DNA of 40,569 bases from a virus. The notes below the pieces were generated by a model. The model was given only the letters and a program-made list of their open reading frames with translations, ran no database searches and was not told where the DNA came from. This document shows, one piece after another, positions 35,416-40,569 of the stretch (positions are counted from its first letter, which is position 1; the number at the start of each line of letters is the position of its first letter). The position numbers and the translations under genes were made by a program. The stretch covers positions 1-40,569 of IMG/VR virus record IMGVR_UViG_3300026962_000013, one strand, 5' to 3'.

Positions 35416-35836
35416 GAAAACCATCTCCGGATGGTTGATCATCGACTGGCAACAGGGCAGTCACCGCACCCGGAAGTCCAAACCCGGCGCCGCCGAACTC
35501 GGGACGAACGAACTCGTCGCGGAACTCACCGTCGACGTCAACGTTCCCGAGGTCGAGGTGCCGGAACTCGCCGTCGAGATCGACGTGCCCGAACCCCACG
35601 TCCACGCCGCGACGTTGGAAGCATTAGACGATGAGCAGCTCCCGGGGTGGACGGACATCGCGAACGACGTGATCGAACCGCCGATCCCCGGCGATTATGT
35701 CGAGTTCCAATCCGAAGTGGATTCGGTGTCGATGCAGGTGTTGACCAAGGCATCGACACGTCCAGATCCGGAGGCGGTTCGGGACTACGTTGGGGAGACG
35801 ATGCGGGAGGTTGCCGGAGGGGTTGCTGATGAGTGA
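35408..35836 (+). CDS. Hypothetical viral protein
   Basis: Acidic; coupled. Confidence 0.75.
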   Translation: MPEKTISGWLIIDWQQGSHRTRKSKPGAAELGTNELVAELTVDVNVPEVEVPELAVEIDVPEPHVHAATLEALDDEQLPGWTDIANDVIEPPIPGDYVEFQSEVDSVSMQVLTKASTRPDPEAVRDYVGETMREVAGGVADE

Positions 35837-35984
35837 TGTTGGGTTCACCCAGGGCATCGAGACGAAAGACCTCGTCAGCGGGTGGGCCGGCATCGTCCAG
35901 TTCGCCGACGGCACCGCCCGCAAGGTGTGGGCTCCCACCGAAGCCAGAGCTCGAGCGAAAGCCCAGGAGGTCCTCGATGAGTAA
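35829..35984 (+). CDS. Small hypothetical protein
   Basis: Coupled on both sides. Confidence 0.55.
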   Translation: MSDVGFTQGIETKDLVSGWAGIVQFADGTARKVWAPTEARARAKAQEVLDE

Positions 35985-36867
35985 AAGCGCCACCGCCCAG
36001 TCGACGTGCCCCGAATGCCAGGGCGCACTCGACGACACCGGCAACGAAACCACGTGCCGGAGCTGCGGCTTGGTCGTCGACGAACAATGGATCGACCACG
36101 GCCCAGACTGGCGCACGTTCGACGGGTCCGACCAAGACCAGCGTCGGGTCGGGGCGCCACGCACGCCCAGCCTTCACGACCACGGCCTCGGCTCCAGCAT
36201 CGGCCACGACTCGGTCGCGACCGGATCGAAACGACAGCGAATCGGTCGGCAACGGAGTCTGCACAAGCAATCGAAGTTCGCAACGAAAGCGGAGCGGAAC
36301 CAGGCGTATGCCCTCAGTGAAATCCGTCGCATCGCCGGCGCCCTCGACCTCGCCGACAGCCTCCGGGACCAAGCCGCCCAACTCCTCAAAACCGCGCAAG
36401 GCCAGAACCTGATCCAGGGACGGTCGCTGGAGGGGTTCGCCGGCGCCTGCCTGTACGCCGCCTGCCGGATCAACGGTCTACCCCGAACCCGCGAAGACAT
36501 CGACGCGTACAGTCGTTGCACACCCAGTCAGTTGGAGAACGGGTACGAGGCCCTGCAACGCGACCTCGGCATCGGCGCGGCCCCGATTGATGCGAAGGCC
36601 TACATCCCACGGTTCGCGTCCGAACTCGACGTCTCGGACAGCGTCGAAAGACGGGCGACGACGCTGTGCGACGCATGGACGGACGCCAACCCCTGTTCCG
36701 GGCGAGCGCCCAGCGGCGTCGCCGCAGCCTGTCTCTACTGCGCCATCCAGGAGCAAGACGGCGACATCACCCAGGGCCACGTGGCCGCGGTGGCAGATAC
36801 AACGCCGCATACGTTGCGTGATACGATCGTGGACCTCCGCGACCTCACAGGGGGTGAGGACGCGTGA
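35977..36867 (+). CDS. tfb: Transcription initiation factor B homolog
   Basis: CPEC...CRSCGLV Zn ribbon, IDHGPDWR B-reader, RVGAP, LHDHGL, two cyclin repeats (GRSLE..A.ACLYAACR; GRAPSGVAAACLY). Confidence 0.95.
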   Translation: MSKSATAQSTCPECQGALDDTGNETTCRSCGLVVDEQWIDHGPDWRTFDGSDQDQRRVGAPRTPSLHDHGLGSSIGHDSVATGSKRQRIGRQRSLHKQSKFATKAERNQAYALSEIRRIAGALDLADSLRDQAAQLLKTAQGQNLIQGRSLEGFAGACLYAACRINGLPRTREDIDAYSRCTPSQLENGYEALQRDLGIGAAPIDAKAYIPRFASELDVSDSVERRATTLCDAWTDANPCSGRAPSGVAAACLYCAIQEQDGDITQGHVAAVADTTPHTLRDTIVDLRDLTGGEDA

Positions 36868-37052
36868 ACCTCGTCTTGATCGGTGTGCTCGTCATCCTCT
36901 CGTTCGGGTCGACCGTCGGGGTCTTGACCGCGTACAGTCACGGGTACCGCCGCGGGTACGAGGAGGGACTGTTCGCCGACCGCCGCGTCCGGGTCGACGA
37001 CCTCAACGTGTCCCTGCTGGACGACGCCGACGAGGATGGGGGGTGGGAGTGA
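36864..37052 (+). CDS. Small membrane protein
   Basis: N-terminal hydrophobic helix; GTGA overlap. Confidence 0.6.
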   Translation: MNLVLIGVLVILSFGSTVGVLTAYSHGYRRGYEEGLFADRRVRVDDLNVSLLDDADEDGGWE

Positions 37053-37756
37053 TGCTCGCCGGCACCATCGCCCGACTTCAGCACCCGGTTGACTCACTCC
37101 TCGAGGACCACCACCGAGGCGGGGCGCTCCCCGCGTTGAGCGTCGAACAAACCCAAACCCGTGTCGACGATCCTCCGGTGCAAGCTGGGTCAGCCGCCAC
37201 CACCATCGAGACGCAGGCGATCGACGCCATGGTCCTCGAAGACACCGACACCCCCGGTGTCTTGCACACCGAACAGGTGGCGTCGACGACCACCATCGTT
37301 GCCGACTGGGTGGCCGACGTCACCGGCACCGGGTTGGTCGTTGCCAGCACCACGGACGGCGACGATCGGTGGGCGTTCCCGTACGGGTTGGTCGCGAACC
37401 AGACCGGGGAACGCTTGGACCGTCTCGAGATCGACGTCACCCAGATGCACGCGGCGTGGAGTAGCGACGACGACCTGGGCGACGTGTGGATGACTGGGGC
37501 CAGTGACGACGATGACGCGACCCAGATCCAGTACCACGACGCCGCCGACATCGAGACGCGACCGACCATCGGCATGGGGTTCACGCGGCCCTGGGGTGGC
37601 ACGGTCGTACGCGGCATCGTCTACCAAAGCGGGTACGTCGCCATCTACAGCGCGGAGACACCAGCCACGTTCATCGGGTTCCTGGAGGAGTGCATCCTCC
37701 CGTATGTGGAGGCCCATGATGGGGAGATGCAGTCCACGTTGTCGGAGGTGAGCTGA
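37052..37756 (+). CDS. Hypothetical viral protein
   Basis: ATG 37052; acidic 234 aa. Confidence 0.75.
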   Translation: MLAGTIARLQHPVDSLLEDHHRGGALPALSVEQTQTRVDDPPVQAGSAATTIETQAIDAMVLEDTDTPGVLHTEQVASTTTIVADWVADVTGTGLVVASTTDGDDRWAFPYGLVANQTGERLDRLEIDVTQMHAAWSSDDDLGDVWMTGASDDDDATQIQYHDAADIETRPTIGMGFTRPWGGTVVRGIVYQSGYVAIYSAETPATFIGFLEECILPYVEAHDGEMQSTLSEVS

Positions 37757-37929
37757 TGCCGGACGCCGAAACGGGGCTGGGTCCGGGTGGCGAGGCGCAA
37801 GTGTACCTCAACCCTGACTCCCTCGTCTATCACAAGACCCCGCAGTGTGCGGGCGGTGGGTGGGAACCGGTTCGGGTCGGCGAATGCCTGTTCGACCCTG
37901 AAACGACAGCGTGTGGGTTGTGCCTATGA
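37756..37929 (+). CDS. Small Cys/His protein (57 aa)
   Basis: Translated by hand: YHKTPQC...CGLC. Confidence 0.55.
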   Translation: MPDAETGLGPGGEAQVYLNPDSLVYHKTPQCAGGGWEPVRVGECLFDPETTACGLCL

Positions 37930-38087
37930 GTCTGGAAGACGTCGAACAACACTTAGACGCGGCCCTGGAACACGCCGCGGCCACCGACACGGACCTCGAC
38001 GATGTGGCGGCGGCGTTGGAGACGCGACTGGAGCGCGTCGACCAAATGCGAATCGCCCGCGGCGAAGCGGCTCCCAACCACCAATGA
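37926..38087 (+). CDS. Small helical protein (53 aa)
   Basis: Translated by hand; ATGA coupling both sides. Confidence 0.6.
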   Translation: MSLEDVEQHLDAALEHAAATDTDLDDVAAALETRLERVDQMRIARGEAAPNHQ

Positions 38088-38407
38088 GTAAGTCAACGTG
38101 CATCGACATCCCGTTCAACCCCTGGAGTACCGAGCGGTTGGACGCCGGTGAGAAGACGGCGACCACTCGCACCCGTCCGTACGGCGAGGCGGGTGATTGC
38201 TTCGTCGTCGACGACTCGATCTACCGGTTAACCCGCGTCGAACGAACGCAGTTGCGTGACGTCGCGAACAACTGGTACGCTGAAGAGGGGTGTGCGACCC
38301 CCGAGGAGTTCCAGTCGGTGTGGGCGGACATCCACCCGATTCGCGGGTATGACCCGGGGTGGGATGTGTTCCTTCACGTGTTCGAGGAGGTGTCCACCCA
38401 TGAGTGA
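38084..38407 (+). CDS. ASCH-domain protein
   Basis: GEKTATTR and AEEG..TPEEF...W..IH motifs. Confidence 0.85.
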   Translation: MSKSTCIDIPFNPWSTERLDAGEKTATTRTRPYGEAGDCFVVDDSIYRLTRVERTQLRDVANNWYAEEGCATPEEFQSVWADIHPIRGYDPGWDVFLHVFEEVSTHE

Positions 38408-38852
38408 CACCGGGGACAGGACGCGCTATCCAGACGCTCGGTACGCCGCGAGCAACCTCCCAGGCGTTCGGTGGTCCGACGACCGAACAGGGCAGGAACA
38501 GTGGAGACAGCCCGTGGGCGTCGATACGTTGCTGGCCGCCGGTGCGGAGGTCGACTCCGCGGAGACAGTCCGGATTCCATCCCGGGTGAAGATCACGCCG
38601 CACAAGGGCACGGACGGCTGGAGTGCGAAGATCACTCGAGCGAAACTCGATCCGCGCTACGAGACGGATGGCGTTGTGGAGCTGCTCGGGACTCGAAGCG
38701 TCGTTGCGTCTCAGGCGTTCGAACAGCGAGATGAGGCTGTGGCGTGGGTTGAATCCGAGGTGGATGCATACGCTGCGGCCGAGGTTCGGGATGCGGTTCG
38801 GTGGCGTGAACAGCGCCATGGGGACGCATGGGGGGTTGACAATGGCGAGTGA
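38400..38852 (+). CDS. Hypothetical viral protein
   Basis: ATG 38400; coupled. Confidence 0.7.
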   Translation: MSDTGDRTRYPDARYAASNLPGVRWSDDRTGQEQWRQPVGVDTLLAAGAEVDSAETVRIPSRVKITPHKGTDGWSAKITRAKLDPRYETDGVVELLGTRSVVASQAFEQRDEAVAWVESEVDAYAAAEVRDAVRWREQRHGDAWGVDNGE

Positions 38853-39180
38853 CAACCACGACAGCGATAGTTATCGCTGCGACCGGTGCGGAAGGCGCGG
38901 CGACGGAGATCCCTGCTCAGCGTGTGAGGAGGAGCTCGGCTTCTGGGCCGACGACGTCGCCGGGAGGCTGCCGATGCAAGCTGAATCGGTCTACCTTACC
39001 GGAGGTCGGACAAAGCGGTCGGTTCACAACGACCCCGACTGTTCCCGGTTAGAGCAAGCGAACAAGGTCGTCGAGAAACCCGCATCGGCGGTCCCGGATG
39101 GATACTTCCACGAGTGCGAATGGTGTTTCGACCGGGATGTAGACACGGAAACATCCCAGGAGGACACGGATGGCGAGTAG
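38842..39180 (+). CDS. Double Zn-binding hypothetical protein
   Basis: CDRC..CSAC and H..PDC...CEWC. Confidence 0.7.
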   Translation: MASDNHDSDSYRCDRCGRRGDGDPCSACEEELGFWADDVAGRLPMQAESVYLTGGRTKRSVHNDPDCSRLEQANKVVEKPASAVPDGYFHECEWCFDRDVDTETSQEDTDGE

Positions 39181-39331
39181 TCACACCCACGCCAAAGACC
39201 CGCAGGACATGACCGACGAAGAACTCGTCGAAACAATCCGCAACAGCGACCTCGAACTCGCCACCGTCGCCGACGAACTCGAAACCCTCCTCGAACTCTA
39301 CGACGATGTCCCCGGAGGCGACTCCTCATGA
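39170..39331 (+). CDS. Small acidic protein (53 aa) overlapping the integrase 3' end
   Basis: Translated by hand; GGAGG SD upstream. Confidence 0.55.
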   Translation: MASSHTHAKDPQDMTDEELVETIRNSDLELATVADELETLLELYDDVPGGDSS

Positions 39332-40569
39332 CCCCCGCGAACCCGATCCAACACCGCCCCCACCAACCGCTGCTCGAACGTCGTCAACTCCCGCTCGGAG
39401 AGATCCGCCGCGGCACTCGCCTGAATCTCATCGACCGACGCCTGCGCATCCGGCGCATGCGGCAACACCTGATTGCACCACATGCACACCGGGTGCTCCC
39501 GCGGAGTCTCCCGACCACACCGCGGACACTCCACCGGTCCCGTTGCCTCCCCCGTCTCTTCAGCGACGTCGACACCGTGGGCCTTCGCGATCTCCCGCCG
39601 ATTCGCATCGTCGAACACCGCGATGTACCGGCTCGCCACCTGCGACCCGCTCACCCACCCATGATGCTGCTCCAAATGCGCCTGACTCACGCCCTGCGAC
39701 GCCAGGAACGATGCACTACTTTTCCGCAGTCGTCGCGGCGTCGGCGACGCCGGCGGCACCATCTCCGCCGCCGCAGCCTTCTCCTTGATGATGTCCCTGA
39801 CCCGGTTATTCGAGATCGGGTCACACGCGTTGACCCGCGTCCACAAGGCCGTGTCCGAACCCCTGTCAGCCGGGTGGTCACCCAACCACTGTCGCACGTA
39901 CGGCGCGCTCGGGATCAGCAACGGGGAGCGCGTCCCCTGCTTGCCCTGGTGGAGCGTCACCCGCATCCCGAGGTCGTCGTCGGTGAACCGGTCGACTGTG
40001 AGGTCGAAGAGTTCGCTGGGTCGCGGTCCCAGGTCCCACGCCAACGCGATGAGGCATCGGTCGCGACTGTTGTGACACGCGTCCAGCATCGGTTGGATGT
40101 GCTCCTCCCATCGATACATCTCCTCGGGGGTCGGTGCCGGGTCGTAGGTGCTCGGGTAGCCGCCGGGGATCCAGTCTATGGAGTCGGGTTTCCCGTCGTT
40201 GTCGGTGCCGAGGTCGCCGAGCATGCGGAGGGTGACGCGGTAGTCCTTGTTGGATTCGGGGTTGTCGTAGGTTTGGTGGATCCAGCGGACGATGGCTTCG
40301 GCGGCGTCGCGGTCGTGCATGGCGTCGACGAGTTCGTCGGTGTGTTCGGCGATGCGGATGCCGCGTTTGAGCAGGAATTCGTGGCGTTGGTCGCTGTATT
40401 GGCTTTTGCCGAGGAGGTCGATTTCGTCGCTGACCTCGAGGAGGAGGTCGGCCTCGTCCGCGGTGATGGGGTCGTCGGGGTCGAGGGTGGTGAGTCGGTC
40501 GCGCATGCTCTGGATTTGGCTGCGTGGGTAGTCGGTCACGGGTTGGGCAGAGACACCGGCGGTGGGCAT
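39298..40569 (-). CDS. int: Tyrosine integrase (SNJ2-like) with C-terminal Zn ribbon
   Basis: LGPRPSEL, GKQG, PRRLRKSSAS, HHGW, SRYI catalytic motifs; CPRC...CMWC; true start may be GTG 40539 (MTDYPR). Confidence 0.92.
   Translation of the reverse strand: MPTAGVSAQPVTDYPRSQIQSMRDRLTTLDPDDPITADEADLLLEVSDEIDLLGKSQYSDQRHEFLLKRGIRIAEHTDELVDAMHDRDAAEAIVRWIHQTYDNPESNKDYRVTLRMLGDLGTDNDGKPDSIDWIPGGYPSTYDPAPTPEEMYRWEEHIQPMLDACHNSRDRCLIALAWDLGPRPSELFDLTVDRFTDDDLGMRVTLHQGKQGTRSPLLIPSAPYVRQWLGDHPADRGSDTALWTRVNACDPISNNRVRDIIKEKAAAAEMVPPASPTPRRLRKSSASFLASQGVSQAHLEQHHGWVSGSQVASRYIAVFDDANRREIAKAHGVDVAEETGEATGPVECPRCGRETPREHPVCMWCNQVLPHAPDAQASVDEIQASAAADLSERELTTFEQRLVGAVLDRVRGGHEESPPGTSS

Larger units (their letters stand above)
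1..40569. mobile_element. Haloarchaeal tailed (siphovirus-like) temperate virus / provirus; boundaries not seen
   Basis: Ordered terminase-portal-minor head-protease-capsid-neck-tail tube-TAC-tape measure-tail tip module, repressor-like genes, tyrosine integrase, acidic proteome, no tail sheath gene recognised. Confidence 0.93.

Noticed and set aside
39298-40569. attL/attR direct repeat near the integrase
   Set aside because: No duplicated tRNA 3' fragment or other direct repeat found within the window; boundaries probably lie outside.

Overview
The window looks like most of a temperate haloarchaeal tailed virus, probably a provirus with siphovirus-like morphology. Support: high GC, acidic proteins, a complete HK97-type head and non-contractile tail module (5380-26137), and a tyrosine integrase at the right edge. 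Left to right it contains small regulatory/Zn-finger genes, a DUF4258-like gene, and a roughly 1 kb non-coding block of densely folded tRNA-like RNA domains (about 2060-3100). Then come membrane/lysis-type genes and a wHTH-metallophosphoesterase, the packaging/head/tail genes, and an accessory region. That region holds a proteasome-beta-like gene with a small partner, a HEPN protein, an HNH-repeat protein and a full-length S-layer-type glycoprotein with PGF-CTERM. Two separate repressor/divergent-promoter switches, an early operon with a viral TFB and an ASCH protein, and the integrase follow. The strongest candidate for an undescribed system is the RNA block. It is a tandem series of tRNA-like units running from minihelices to tRNA bodies whose anticodon loop is replaced by a 100-150 nt structured domain, and it sits directly behind a predicted RelE/BECR-type nuclease. 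All family assignments come from motif recognition by eye and all RNA folds were paired by hand; no database search or folding program was run. No att site or replication gene is visible, so the element probably extends beyond the window.
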